A DNA stretch of 64,000 nucleotides from Azolla caroliniana. Lineage: Eukaryota; Plantae; Polypodiophyta. Shown here one piece after another: positions 50,354-64,000 of the stretch; the stretch's first letter is position 1; every line of letters begins with the position of its first letter. The DNA is taken from assembly GCA_043228905.1 (NCBI GenBank), contig JBHGNT010000016.1, forward strand, positions 10,168,001 through 10,232,000, written 5' to 3'. The translations under genes were made by a program, and so were the position numbers. The notes beneath the pieces were generated by a model. It was given only the letters and a program-made list of their open reading frames with translations. It was not told the origin of the DNA and made no database searches.

Positions 50354-53300
50354 TGTTGAGCGGCAAGCTCAACTGGATCCGAATCAGCTGAATAAGCCTG
50401 AGCCGGATCTGCATCCGGAAGGATGAGCCAGATTGGTGAGCCGGTGAGCAAGTGAGCTGGTGAGCTGGGGAGCCTGTTAGCTGGATCCAGCAGTAATCGG
50501 AAGCCTCGTAGCAGTCTAGACTACTAGGTAGTTAATGCCTCGTAGTTAGTGTTAGACGCTTGTGTGAGAATTGAAGTACACCGTACTTCTGTCAGTCCTC
50601 TTAGGACTTGTATAAATAGTGTTGTTGAGCATGTTGTATATACAGAGAATTTTATAGAGTTGTTGATAATAGATTTAAGTTGTTCTGCTCTTTCTCTGTC
50701 TCTCCTGCGTACCTTCTGTGTGTTAATCTCTCTCTCTCTCTCTCTTTGTTGCTATCTGGCTAAGCTGGTTGTCTAATGCTTCCGCACCTTCGTTTTTACA
50801 TGGTAATAGAGCGCGAGGGTTGAGAACCTCTGCAGTCGACATCATCATCTGGAGATAAACCCTAAGACCCAGTAAGAACAGAAAGAGAAGTGATGGACAG
50901 AGGAATGGCTAGCTCGCTCCCAATGGAGAAGCTCAACAGATCCAACTACGCATCTTGGTCATACAAGATGCACCAGTACCTGCTTGGGCATGGTTACTAC
51001 AGCTATGTCGACGGAGCTAACGATGCAACACCTGACACCGCACACAAGGACTTCCGAGTGTGGGAACAAGCGGCAAGCAGAGTGATGTACTACTTTGTGT
51101 CCAATGTCGGAGACTAGCTGCTGAGCCATATCCGAGATGCCAAGACGCCAAAAGAAGCTTGGGGAAACTTGAAGAAGGATTTCATGGCAAGCACTACGGC
51201 CAGGAAGCTACACTCCAACAAGAGTTGAGCAATGTCCAATAGGACATGTTGGTAACCCATTACACAGCCCGAATCAAAGAGATCTGTGACTCACTTGCCT
51301 CTATCAACGTCACTGTAGAGGAAGATGAGATGGTGCAGATCTGTCTTGGGGGCCTAGCATCTAAGTTCAAAGCGTTCCGAACGGTGGTATGTACAAGGGA
51401 GAATACGTCGTCATTTTTCGACTTACAGTACCCACCGACATCCGGATGTTGTACACGGAGGCGAATCGGCCCCGTGGGCATGGTGGACGAGGCGGATTGG
51501 CTTGCAATGGTAGCGGCCGGCAAGAGCAGGACCGAAGGCACAGAGAATATGCCGACAGCAGTTCCGGACCCTCCACAAGCAGGGGGAGTCAAGGCGGCGC
51601 CAGAGGCCGGCAAGCAAAGGCCGACACAGAATGTTGGTATTGTGGGTAAAAAAGGCCACAGAGAAAGTGAGTGCTGGAAGAAACAAGCCGATTCGGACAG
51701 ATCCGAATCCGGCAAGGCCGGTAAAGAGAACTGGCAATACTCACACTACCCAGAAGGATCGGGAGGATCCAAAACCGGTAAAGCTGGTAAAGGGCCAACC
51801 TTGGTGATGAAACACGAGGCTCACTCGATGAAGAAGACCACTTCCAAACCGGAGGAAGTGTGGTACGTTGATTCCGGTGCGTCGAATCACATGTCCAGCC
51901 ATAGAGAGTGGTTCTCTTTCTTGGAGAAACCGGAACTACCGAGAGTCGTCGAAACCAGAGACAACACTCCCCACCCAATTGTGCATGTCGAAGAAGTCCC
52001 TTTGAGCCACGTTGGACAGAGGGGGAAGCTTATGAACGTATTACACATTCTGACTATCACGAAGAACCTAGTGTCAGTCGGTCAAATCGTTGACCAGGGG
52101 ATGCAGGTGCGGTTTACGCACCTTGGGTGCTTCATTGAGGAAGAGGGCCAGATTATTGCGCAAGGGGTAGAGATGGGAGGATGTTCATCCTCGACACCAA
52201 TGATGTCGGCACCGCTTTGTTCGCCAAAGGATAGAAGAGTGAATCGGATATTGATCTCTGGCACAAGCGGATCGGCCACGTCAATTACCGGAGGCTTCAA
52301 GACCTGCAAATGAAACAAGTTGTTTTTGGTTTGCCGAAGTTCAGTGGCCAGAAGGTCCAAATATGTGAAGCCTGCCAACCCGAGAAGCAACACCAGCTTC
52401 CATTCCCCACCGAATGAAACCGTAGCCGTAACAAGCTCAACCTTATTCATTCGGATGTATGGGAACTGGCACAGAACATTAGTCTTGGCGGGAGTCGATA
52501 CTTCGTCTCCTTCATTGACAACTACAGCAGGCACACAACATGGATATACCTCATTGAACGGAAGAGCGAATTCTTCGAGTGTTTCCGGAACCTGCAAAGC
52601 CTGGTTAAATGGGAAACGGAGAGGAAGATCAAGTGCCTATAGTTGGATGACAGAAAAGAATATTTTTCCAGCCAATTCAACAGTTATTTGTAGCAAAAAG
52701 GAATTCAAAGAGAGTTCAGCTACAGATACACACCGGAGCAAAACAGTGTGGCCGAGAGCAAAAAGGGCGATGCTGAAGGAGAAGAGCATGCCCAAATTCT
52801 ACTGGGCTGAGGCGGTCCGGATGGCCATCTATATCCAAAACCGAATCGGTGACAAGGTGTCCATGCATGAGCTGTATTTGAGACACCTTCGGATATTCGA
52901 TAGCATTGCATAGGTGCATGTGTCAAATGAGAAGCGGAGGAAATTGGATGCAAAGTCAGAGAAATGCATCTTGGTCAGTTACTCGCATGAGCAAAAGGGG
53001 TATAAGTGTTATAACCCCCCGACGAAGCAGGTCCAAGTTAGCTGGGAAGTTGAGTTTGATGAGACGGCATCATGGTATGCCTTACCGGCTCCGACTTCCG
53101 ACCCCAACCCGATACCAGAGGATGAGGCTAGTGAGCCTGAACCACTCCAGTTAGAAGACGAAGGGTTAGAGACTCTAGATGTGAGTCCGGATCGTTTCGG
53201 TTGAGTGGGCCGAACGAGCGACTGTATCAGACAGACCAGTCGGAAGATGAACCGGTGAGTAGTGGAGACTCTGTCGTGTTCCCCCCGTGCAAGGAACCGA

Positions 53301-56001
53301 GGAGATGGTTCACGCGCAAGGAAAAGGGGAAGAGGAAGATGCCGGAGCACGAGACCGGCAATGGTGAGTCAAATCAGATTGGATCCGACTCCGAAAAAGA
53401 AGGAGGCGGATCTTCGGCAACGACGACCGAACGGGCCAAGAAGGGCCTCAAACCGGGTAACAATAAGTTACGCCGGTCTTCCCGCCAGAAGAACCCCGTG
53501 AAACAGTACAGGTACAATGAGTACATGGCGCATCACTATGCGTACATGACCAAGGTGGTGGAAGTGCATGAGCCAGAGAGCTATGCAGAAGCGACAAAGG
53601 ATGCAAATTGGCGTGCCGCTATGGAGGAAGAAGTGTGGGCACTTGATGCCAATGACACATGGGACATAGTTGACCCTCCCCGATACTGTAAACCGATCGG
53701 ATGTAAGTGGGTATACAAGGTAAAGTACAATGCAGACGGTTCGGTTAACCGGTACAAGGCCCGGTTAGTGGCGAAGGGATACTTCCAAACCCACGAAATC
53801 GACTACGACGAGACCTTCTCTCCGGTAGCGAAGATGACAACGGTTCATGTGGTGTTGGCGGTTGCTGCAGCAAGGGGGTGGCATCTTCACCAGATGGACG
53901 TGAAGAATGCATTTCTTCAAGGAGATCTTGAAGAAGAGGTCTTTATGACCCAACCCCCCGGTTTCCAATTGGAGATGAATAAGTCGGCGGAATGCCTGCT
54001 GAAGAAGTCACTTTATGGCCTAAAGCAAGCCCCCCGAGCTTGGAATGCAAAGATCACGCACCGGTTGCATAAGAAGGGGTTTGCGGCATCCAAGTTCGAC
54101 TCTTCGTTTTTCATCTGGCAAGGTGAGGATGGTCCGGCTTGCATCTTACTGTATGTTGATGATCTAATCATCACTAGACCAGAACTCGATGAAATCAGCC
54201 GAGTCAAGTCCCAGCTGTCAGACGCATTTGACATGAAGGACATAGGGGACCTTCACTATTTCCTTGGGATCGAGGTGATCCAAACCCCCGATGGCATATT
54301 GCTCTCACAAAGACACTATGTATTGAATATGTCGTATAGGCTCGGCATGACGGAATGCCGACCGATCTCCACACCCCTGGACCGGAACCAGAAGCTCCGT
54401 CCCGATTCCGGACTGGCCTGCGATGAGAAGCGGTTCCAACAAATAGTCGGAAGTCTTATATATTTGACAATCACCCGACCCGACATTAGTTATCCAGTCA
54501 GCGTGATCAGCCAATATATGCAAAAGCCGACCGTGGAGCACCTTCTATGCGTGCATCGAATTTTGCGATATGTGAGTGGCACGAAGCACCGGGAACTGTT
54601 ATACCGGCATGGTATAACCGAAGAGCTAGTCGGCTACACCAATGTCGATTGGGCTGGCGATGCATCGGATCGCCGATACACCTCCGGCTATATGTTTTCC
54701 CTTGGTAGCGTGGTTGTTGCGTGGAGCAGCAAAAAGCAGCCAATAGTGGCCCTCTCGAGCACTGAGGCTGAATACTGGGGCACTACCATTACCACCTATG
54801 AAGCCATTTGGCTTCGGCGACTGCTACAAGACCTGCGGATCAAGGTGCCGACCCCGATCCTGATCTACTGCGACAACGTAAGCAACATGCAACTCGCCAA
54901 GAACCCCGTATTCCATGCTCGTACAAAGCACATAGAAGTGCACTACCACTTCGTGCATGAGTGTGTCCTGAGCAGTGAAGTCAAACTTCAGTATGTTCAT
55001 ACGGATCGGCAAGTTGTCGACATCTTCACCAAACCGCTCGGGTCGGAAAGTTGCAGCACTTCACCGAAATGCTTAGTGTTCAGCATCTCGACATGCCATA
55101 CTTGAGGGGGAGAACGGGCAAAGACACCGGAACGGGCAAAGGCAAAGAAATTGTTGATTGCGCCGATGAGGGAAGAACCGACAAAGGGAGAGACAAGAAG
55201 AAAAGAGGAGCCGAGTCGACAAAGGAAGTTGACACATCCGAACAAGTCGGAACAAGCGGCTGCGGCGGCAGAGTCAAGAAGGACAGAGCTGACCGGAAGA
55301 AGAAGGCCAAGACCCGGACATGGTCCGATGTGGTGAAGGGCCTGGAACCGGAAGACGAATCGGGAGCTGATTCGGTTCAACAGACAGATTCGGAACAACC
55401 GGATCAATTCAAGACCATTAGGACGAGAAGGCAGCGAAACTTGACGCCAACACAAAGAAATCGGCGAATCAGCAAGCGCCGAAGCCACAACAACGAGGGA
55501 GCTAAATTGGGCCTGTTGAGCAGACAAGCCGACCGAGGAGGTCAAGGTGCGCAGAATCAGAAGCGTCGCGGCAAACAGGACCAGACCGGACGAGGAGCGC
55601 GAGCGAGGCTGAGTGACACCAGAAGGAGCCAGGTGGAAGGACCGCCTGCCATGGAGACTGATACTACGATCCGACCTCAAGTTGAGCTTGAGGGGGAGTG
55701 TTGAGCGGCAACCTCAACCGGATCCGGATCGGCTGAATAAGCCTGAGCCGGTTAGCCGGATCCAACAGTAACCGAAAGCCTAGTAGCAGCCTAGAATACT
55801 AGGTAGTTAATGCCTTGTAGTTAGTGTCAGACGCTCGTGTGAGCATTGAAGTACACCGTACTTCTATCAGTCCTCTTAGGACTTGTATAAATAGTGTTGT
55901 TGAGCACGTTGTATATACAGAGAATTTTACAGAATTGTTGATAATAGATTTAAGTTGTTCTGCTCTTTCTCTGTCTCTCCTGCGTATCTTTTGTGTGTTA
56001 A

Positions 56002-56043
<42 letters not shown>

Positions 56044-56095
56044 TTGCTATCCGGCTAAGCCGGTTGTCTAACGCTTCCACGCCTTTGGTTTTACA
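50354..56095 (+). mobile_element. Element I: full-length decayed Ty1/copia (C family); LTRs 50354-50800 and 55699-56095; inserted in the H 3' LTR
   Basis: TSD CTCTT (50349-50353 and 56096-56100), degenerate PBS TGGTAATAGAGC, and a 634-aa RT-RNase H ORF at 53201-55105 (QMDVKNAFL, YVDD, KHIEVHYHF). Confidence 0.95.
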
Positions 56096-56210
56096 CTCTT
56101 GTAAGCTAGTTATTGTTGGACGTAAAATATAGTTCGTTGTTTTAGAGCTCTGTCTCTCTCTCTCTCTCTTGTCTCATGTGCACATACACACATGTCACAC
56201 ATTCTTTATA

Positions 56211-58163
56211 GTAAGGAACGGTCTTTTGATGTCGGATCCCTTTGTAAGACACGTACTGTTTGAAGACTCTGGAGATCTCTTCTCCTCCATTCTCGGATCG
56301 GAGTGTCTTCACTCTATATCCTAACCGGCTTTCCACTTCAGTTATCCACCGAGTGAAGACCTCGAGCACTTCGTCTTTGGACCTAATCGAGTAGGCCCAG
56401 ACCTTCCGTGTAGAGTAATCTACAAATGTGATGAAGTACCAGGAGCCTCCTAGTGATCGCTCTGGCATGGGCCCACATATATCTATGTGCACGAGCCCTA
56501 GGGGCTGTCTGTCAGGACACACCAAGAACTGGAACACGAACGAACATGAGCGACCATGTGTGGCCCTCATCGGGAACTAGAACGTGAGTGACCATGTGCG
56601 GCCCTCATCGAAAACATGAACAGGCGTGAGAGACCATGCAGCCCTCACCGAGAACTAGAACAACAACAAGTGAAGGAGTGCAAGTGAAGCGGTCGACTCG
56701 ACTTCTTCTATTTTGAGAGGGTAAATAGTCGAAGTTGACCCAAGACACATCACAAACAGTAGCGTTAGCGAGAAACCCACGTGATTCCCACAAGAAAAGT
56801 GAGTGGTTGTGACCCCCACCAAAACTAGAAGGTGAGCGATCGAAATCGGTCCTCGCCAACAGAAAGTGGCGCGAGACTTGAACTATAACAAAAATGCAGT
56901 GGAAGAGAGCAATGATCCGATCCCCACCAGGAAAGTGAGCGGTTGTGACCCCTGGCGGAACTGGGAAGGTGAGGAATCGAAAGCACTCCTGACCAAAACT
57001 GTGATGCAAAATGATACATAAAAATGATGACAAGTAGTGTTGATGACGATGATGGTTGGGCGAAGAGGTGCTGAAAATGATGATGTCGAAGACAAGGATG
57101 TTGATGAAAGTAATTTCGAAAGCAAGGAAGGTGATGATGGTAACTCTAGAAGCAAAGGTGATGACGAAGATGGGTGTTGCTCCCAATTGGAAGTGATTCA
57201 AACTATGATGGACACACCAGCCGCAAACTACGACAGAGCATGGATGACGAACGTGGAACTAGAAGTGACGAGGATAGGAAATCTAGAAGCTATGAGTGAT
57301 GAGACTATGAACTTAGGAAGCTATGGAGAGCATGAAGATAGAGATGAAGAATGAGACAAGAATGAATGGAACAAGAATATACTAGATTGATGTGTCAATT
57401 ATTGGTGTTGAATCCCTTGAAAGGGACCAAGGATGTTACAAGTATTTATACAATTTCCAAGATTGAATATCTTTAGAATATACTTGAGAAACATCTCGAG
57501 AATATACCCATTTAGAATATAGCATAAAATAATTCTAGAATATGCTAACAACTAGAATATTCTCGAATTTACTATGCACTGGACTCTACAATATATACAA
57601 GTTCACAATCGAATGTGGACAGTTCGCAAGAGTTTCCATATGGTTAACACACCACAATGTATTGTGTGTGTTAAAAGTCAAAGGTTCGAGTCTAGAATGT
57701 GACACTATCGTACCATCTCATAGTGGAGAGAGTGCGGACTTCGGGTTTGTTTCGCGTATTGACAATGCTCGCAGAAGTCTGTTTTAGCTTGGAATTTAGG
57801 GATTTCTGTGACCGCCATTAGTCGATCAAGTCCAGCTTGAGACATATGGCCGAGTCGGCCATGCCATAAGTTCGGGTCAATTTTTTCAGCTACATTCACA
57901 ACCCCCCTTCTGGATTGATCGCCATTATTGGGTACAAGTTATTGTACTTGTGTCCACCTCCTATCTTCAGGTTTCCGCGGCTGATCATCCATGCCGACTG
58001 ACTTAGAGTCGTTCGATACCCGTTTTCGGCTAGCATGCCGATGGAGACGAGACTCTTTTTCAGATCGGGTACATGTTAGACTTGGTGCAAGATTATTGTG
58101 TTGTCGTTTGGCAGTTGAATCGGTACTCTGCCAACTCTTGCTATTCGAATAGTTTGAAAACCA
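56211..58163 (-). mobile_element. pol: Element K: fragment of an old Ty1/copia (GAG-pre-integrase and INT), host for H, M and N
   Basis: LWHGRLGHMS...CEHCQYAKQ (57705-57899), then LVHIDICGPM...FVDYSTRKVW...LRSENGGE (56211-56509). Confidence 0.85.
56510..57704. mobile_element. Element M: probable solo LTR (about 1.2 kb) with short tandem repeats
   Basis: TGTCA...TGACA termini, TSD CTGTC/CTATC. Removing it rejoins the K integrase. Units of about 40 bp (GACCATGTG.GGCCCTCATCG) at 56550-56660. Confidence 0.75.
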
Positions 58164-61100
58164 TGTTGGGAAATTGGTCCCTCCGGATGGGATCCGATTA
58201 TGAATGAAGAGAACCGGAAGAGAAGAAATATTTGTAAATATGTTTTGAGTAAGCCTATTGAGGCTATATTTGTAAATAGCCCTAAGTTCATAGAAGTATA
58301 AATATGACTTAGGGCAATCACTTTGTGTGTGGACAGTGTGTTGTCATATAGATGTATGTGCATAACTGTTGTATAAAGAGAGACAATGAGTGAGGAGATA
58401 CAGAGAGATACTCTGTTGTAACTGCCAGTTGGCGAAGCTACAAAGCTCGAGGTCGTTGCCCCTGAGGCTCTGATTGTAGTGATAGTTGGAGTTTGTGGGC
58501 TCTCGTGGTTTTTCCCATTTAGGGTTTTCCACGTAAACATCCTCTGTACTCTTTCCTTTTTTGGTGTACTTGTATTATTCTCTATTCCGATTTTTATGTT
58601 TGATTCTTAAATGAAGTGATCTAAGAGTCGGTTATGGCCGAGTAGTATTCCACGTTATTCCTTTCAATCTGGTATCAGAGCGAACAACAAAGGAAATGGA
58701 AGAATCGTTTGGCAACATGTTCAAGCTCATCGGCTCCAACTACTCAGTGTGGAAGTCGAAGATGAGGGATATACTAGTGGTTAAAGATCTTTGGTTGCCA
58801 GTTCAGTTCGAGGACAAGAGACCAGATAAGATAAATGCCACAGTGTGGGAGGTGATGCACATGAAGACGACGGCATGCATCCGGTGCTTCATCGACATGA
58901 GAATGTACAATAACTTCAATGAAGAGAGCAAGGCTCAGGAACTCTAGGAGAAGATAGTGTTGAGAAATCATTTCGGAATCTAAGTCACAATGAACAAACA
59001 GTGCAAAAATACAAATCACAAAAAAAACAAGATAGACAACTATGCACAAAGATTTACGTGGAAACCCTAAAACGGGAGAAAACCACGGGAATAGATCTTT
59101 ACTATGGATAGTGGATATACAACACTGAGAGGGTTACAACACTCTATCGAGTGTATCAGCCACGCAGGGCTCTTCGCGTCAGCTGTTACTCACACAGCTA
59201 TGGCGCGGCACACACTTCTCTCTCACACTCACAGTTATGTTCTCTTCTATTCTACATCTTAAAGTTTTCCCTAGTTGCATATATACTTACACAATTTTCT
59301 GGCTATTTACATACCTAGCCCTCATGGGGCACACATTGAGACTATTTACAAGTATAGTCTCCCGAGTTGGCTATATACACGATTCTGGTTTCAGCCTCAG
59401 CCGAGTCCCTCATCAACTCGGCTCCTCTCTCTCCCCATCCAAAATGACCTGTTTGCTAACATCGTCATTCTTATTACCATAATAATAATAACAGTTGAAT
59501 TCTCAAACAGTCGAGTCACTGTTTTCAACCCTTCGATAGTCGGCTTTCCGAACAATCATCTCTTCCTCCCACGAGAGGGACATATTCCCAACAAATTGGC
59601 ATCATGTTCCAGATCAAGAATGTTGTTAATCGGGTTTCGGTATTCTGGAAGCTTGTGAGGCTTCGGTACCCGGACGGCTCTAGTATGGCGGAGCACATGA
59701 ATGCCTTCCAGGGATTGATCCACCAGGCAACCTCGTTGGAAGTACCTCTTGCCGATGAGGTACTCACATTACTCCTGCTCGGTTCCCGCCCGGATAGTTG
59801 GGAGACGCTAATTGTCACATTGGGTAACGCCGGGCCGGAAGGAAAGCAGTTGTCCCTAGCAAGGGTAAAATCAAGCTTGCTAGATGAAGAAGCTCACCGG
59901 AAGGACCGGGAGTCCGGAACCGATCCGAAGGCCTTGGTCACAAAAGATGACCACAACCGTGGAAAAGGCCCATATCAGAGTCCCCAAAACAGGGACAAGT
60001 CGAGAACGAGGTCGAAGTCAAGGGGGAGGCCTACTTGCTTCCACTGTGGGAAGCCAGGGCACTTCCAAAAGAATTGTCGGCATTTCCAGAAAGAGAAAGA
60101 AACTGGCACCACCGATTCGAAGAAGCATTCGAACCAAAATGGTTCGGACTAGAGAGGCCTAGATCGGAAAGGAACGTCGGCAATCATGACAAGTGAAGAA
60201 GAATTGTTGCTCATTACCAAGGAGAATGAGTTAAACCTTGTCGGCGACGAGACAACATGGGTTGTCGATTCCAGAGTGTTGTTCCACTTGACACCGGATC
60301 GGAGATGCTTCTCATCCTACACAGCCGGGGATCATGGTTGTGTCTACATGGGGAATGAAGGCACATGCCGAATTGTCGGCATAGGAAATGTGTTGTCGAC
60401 AACATCAACCGGATGTAAGTTGTTGTTGGAGGATGTCCAACACGTTCCGGAGGTTCGACAAAACTTGATATCAATCGATCGGCTAGATGATGAAGGCTAC
60501 ACGGGTAGCATCTGGAATGGAGTCATGAAGTTCAGCAAGGGAAGCTTATGGCACAATGTACCTGATGCATGCCCTGATATGCCGGGAAGAAGTGAACATT
60601 GCATACGACACTACCGGTGAGCTATGGCACAAACGATTGTGCCACATGAGTGAGAAGGGGATGAAGAGGCTTGCCGAAGACAATCTTATTTCGTTAAAGG
60701 ATGTGCAACTTGAGAAGTGCACCGACTGCTTGGCTAGCAAACAAAACCGAACCTCCTTCCGGTCAAGACCACTGATGAGACGGAATGCACCACTGGAGCT
60801 GGTGCATACCGATGTGTGTCAAGTGGACACGAAGTCACATGCCGGATCGCAGTACTTCGTGACGTTCATAGATGACCACAGCCGGAAGCTATGGGTCTCA
60901 CCATTGAAGACGGAGGATCAAGTGTTATCCGTCTTCAAGGAGCTCCACGCGAGAGTGGAAGGAGAAACCGGCCGGAAGGTCGAGCAGATAACAGAGGAGA
61001 ATATCGGGGCCAGTTCGAGGAGTATTGCCGGTTGAAGGGAATCCTGCTCGAATTTACCCTGCCGAAGATGCCAAAACTAAATGGGTTGGCCGAAAGGATG

Positions 61101-61397
61101 AAGCAGACCCTAATGGAGAGAGTCCAGAGCATGCTCGCACATGCCAAGTTACCCAAGACATTTTGGGTTGAGGCGCTGACGACGGCGACCTATGTGATAA
61201 ACAGATCACCCTTAGTACCCTTGGGAGGAGACTCACCTCAGAAAGTATGGGCCGGTAAAGATGTATGCTATTGGCATCTTAAGGTGTTTGAGTGTCTCGC
61301 ATACGTGCATGTGGCTAAGGACAAGAGAGCAAAGTTGGATCCGAAGTCTCGGCCATGCATATTCCTTTGATACGACGATGATGAGTCCGGTTACCGG
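58164..61397 (+). mobile_element. Element N: Ty1/copia (D family) 5' half; LTR 58164-58666, gag-PR-INT, interrupted by O and J
   Basis: PBS TGGTATCAGAGC at 58670. MEESFGNMFKL gag matches D; CFHCGKPGHFQKNC, WVVDS, HTDVCQV. Confidence 0.92.
58958..59593 (-). mobile_element. Element O: solo copia-type LTR inside N gag
   Basis: TGTTG...CAACA termini. It interrupts WEKI/GIMFQ. Degenerate TSD GATAG/AATTG. The TTTACGTGGAAACCC...AAAACCACGG motif is shared with D-family LTRs. Confidence 0.8.
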
Positions 61398-64000
61398 TGT
61401 CGTGGAGAAAACCGCCCCTAGGAGGAATCAAGAGAAACTGTGTACGAACAAGCCCTTACATGCGTGGGCGTGTGAATGGATAACTTGTATATATTTACGA
61501 ATAGGTCGGCTGATGTAAATATCCTAGGTATGACATGTTTATTAGGAAATCGACGCGTATCTCTGTCCGAAGGGACAAAGAATTAAGTGACATGACTAAG
61601 GGAGAACGGTCCCTCCTCGATGACCTATATAAAGGAAGGGAGAGGAGGACACAGGTAATCATGGTTTTGCGAGGATGAAGTGCTAACGGACTGGGTACCG
61701 AGCGCTCACTATTCCTCCTCCCATCATCCTTTGCAGGTTTTTGGAGTTCATGGCCTCTGCTTCGTGGATAGTCCATGTGCTTCCGGTAGAGCCCCTTCCA
61801 CCCCTTTTATCTTTCTCCTTTTCGTGTTTCTGTGTTGGCGAGAGTCGCCTGTGTGTGCGTGGAACCCCGAGCTGGGTCTGTCACCGGCTTGCCGATTGTA
61901 ATCGTTTTGGCATTATAATCGAGTTTTCTGTTTGTCTCTCTCTCTTTCTCTGTGTTTCACCAATCGCTCTTTTTCTCTCTCTCACGTTCCTTGGTTCAAG
62001 GCCCCCGCAGTCCCGTCTCGTTTCACACACAAAAGTGAAATAACCAACATATTTGGTGAACCCGACATGAAAGAGGCAGCAAAGGTGTTGAAGATGAGGG
62101 GATCTGAGCTTGCTGAAGCTATGGTGGTAGCCATTGACCGGCTAGTGAGCGCTCGTGAGGGAACACGTACCCTCAACAGAGCCATAGAATCGATCGTCAG
62201 CACCATAGGCCGATTTGGTGGTAAGAATGCCACGAGCTATTTGGAGGCCTATCGGGACGAGATGATAATGAGGGACATCCCTGAAGACAGACGGTTGTCC
62301 GGATTCCCTCGAGTGGTGACGCCGATCATCCATGGAGAGGTGCTCGAGGCGCTGGCCGGATGCCAGACATGGGAGATTTTCGGGGAGCGGCTCCTCGAAA
62401 GGTATGGATTCGACGACTCACTTCGACTGTCGAAGTGGGACTTCATAGCATGGGTCGAAAGCCCTGGAAACGGGAGGAGCACATTGGTGCTCCTCCAGGA
62501 ATTCGAAACACGGTTCGCGCGGTTATCGGCGTTGGACCGAACCGTGCTCGATACGAGCCGGGTACTGTTGTTCGTCAAAGCGATTGACGCATTGGACAGA
62601 GAAAAGGTAGGTCTCTTGTTGGAGACCGACGAAGGGCTCACGACTGACTGGGTTGTGGTCAAAGGAGTCTGCAGTTGTTTTGACAAACGGCGGGAGTGGA
62701 GTGATGAAGGGTTGTCTGCAGCGAGGCCCGTCCTGGCAAGGCAGTTCCAAGAGCCCTTGCAGCCAAGAAAAGAAGAAACCCGAAGTTGGCTTGAGACGGG
62801 GTCGGCGTCGAGCGCCGTGGTCAAAGGTTCCTCCGGAGGAGTGGCACTGGAGGAGTTGACACAAATGGTGCGCGACCTCCAGATCACGCAAGCACGTCGG
62901 GACCTCGGCGACCAACCTCGCGACCGAAGACCGCCGGCAGGACAGCAATGCATATGGTGCGACGCAGTCGTCCATGCCCAGAGAGACTAACACGGTGTAC
63001 CTCTGGAATGGGCGAGTGCACACCAGCGAGACTCGGAGAGCCCTGGAATTGAATACCGGGCATGGCGGAATGAAGAGGCTGATGGGTGAGGCCGCCACGC
63101 ATCACACTGAATCGGTAGGAATCCGGGTCGGGGGCAACGAAGGACAGAAGGCAAGCCACTCTGGGTTCTGGCCACTAGTGTTGGAAGGCCTCTCTGAAGT
63201 CCGGTTAAAGAAGGAAGAAGCAAACCGCGCGGAGCAGCGGATCCGAGAGGTCACCGGGTGGGACGACCCAGTCGAAGAAAAGTCTACCTTCATAGAAGCT
63301 GCATGCTAGAACTACGAGGTTTTGGTAGAAGACAAGTGAGTGGGAAAGGCTAGAGGGGCTGATCCCTTGCAATGGTATGACACCCGGTTTGGCCCAAAAA
63401 AGACTGACGCCGGCAATTCCAGCATACCGGACAAGGCTAAGCCAGCCGGGTACCAGCTGAGCATTGAGATAGAAAGAACGACAGACCTATGGAAGGTCCT
63501 CGAAGAGCGGATCCTTGACAACAAGGTGGAGTTGTCACTGAGAGAAGTGCTTGGAATCGCCAAAAAGGAGTTCCACGACTCCATTGTGGACTTGGTGAAG
63601 CACAAACGGCTCTCCACGGAACCAGAACCGGAGAAGCTCGTAGAGGTGCGGACTATGCATTTAGAGGATGCGGCCTTGGAGGACGAGTTGGCGGAAAGCC
63701 ATTATTCTAAGTTACACTAGGCCAGAGCCACTACCGAGACCCCTGTCCGGATTGGGGATGTGCAAGAGCCGGTAGTGGCGTTGATAGACCATGGATCCGA
63801 GATCAATCTGATGTCCATGGACTTTTACAAAAGGGGGAAATGGTCGATCAACACCAAACACGGCTGGAAGATACGCGCGGCGACCCGCGCTACGGAGGAG
63901 TTGCACGGGGCGTGCCCGAACGTACGCGTGAAGATCGGCGACGTCGAGATAGACCAACACTTTCTTGTGCAAGAGACGTCCTCACACCTAGTGATACTCG
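61398..64000 (+). mobile_element. gag: Element J: divergent tRNA-Trp-primed gypsy; 5' LTR 61398-62049, gag and protease; runs off the window
   Basis: TGTCGTGG...CAACA LTR, PBS TGGTGAACCCGAC at 62054. gag (RFGGKNATSYLEAY; CIWCDAVVHAQRD) and protease ALIDHGSEINLMS (about 63780) are homologous to E and G. Confidence 0.9.

Larger units (their letters stand above)
38298..56210 (+). mobile_element. Element H: old Ty1/copia; 5' LTR remnant 38298-38398, internal 38399-38689 and 45785-50222, 3' LTR 50223-50353 plus 56101-56210; hosts G and I
   Basis: PBS TGGTATCAAAGC at 38399. gag (EKLDRTNFTSWEYKMHQYL; CRYCGKEGHYEEEC), INT (HSDVWGP), RT (YVDD) and RNase H, all heavily disrupted. LTR ends CACATTCTTTACA and CACATTCTTTATA. 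Confidence 0.88.

Noticed and set aside
1-64000. Host protein-coding genes or prokaryotic defence systems
   Set aside because: Every recognisable ORF maps to gag, pol or LINE domains or their antisense shadows, and nearly all bases fall within delimited elements.

Overview
Gene-free eukaryotic DNA made almost entirely of nested, partly decayed retrotransposons; the families suggest a non-seed land plant such as a fern (inference). I resolve about 17 elements: Ty1/copia copies (tRNA-iMet PBS, 5-bp TSDs), a tRNA-Trp-primed Ty3/gypsy family resembling fungal DUF4100-type elements, a tRNA-Arg-primed gypsy family, two solo LTRs, a full-length decayed L1/Tx1-like LINE and an RTEX/L2-like LINE 3' fragment. 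No host protein gene, rRNA, functional tRNA or CRISPR array is supported. Highlights: (1) a tRNA-derived Pol III A/B-box module lying antisense inside gypsy LTRs, divergent from the LTR TATA box; (2) a conserved G_GAT_TTT -1 frameshift cassette with a stem or pseudoknot placed after the protease; (3) an inversion of about 10 kb revealed by a split TSD and a split integrase; (4) one (CT)n tract apparently hit by several unrelated retroelements; (5) a copia family with two PPT-like motifs and a charged extension after RNase H; (6) CCGG enrichment across unrelated LTR families. Coordinates were read manually and truncated junctions are approximate.
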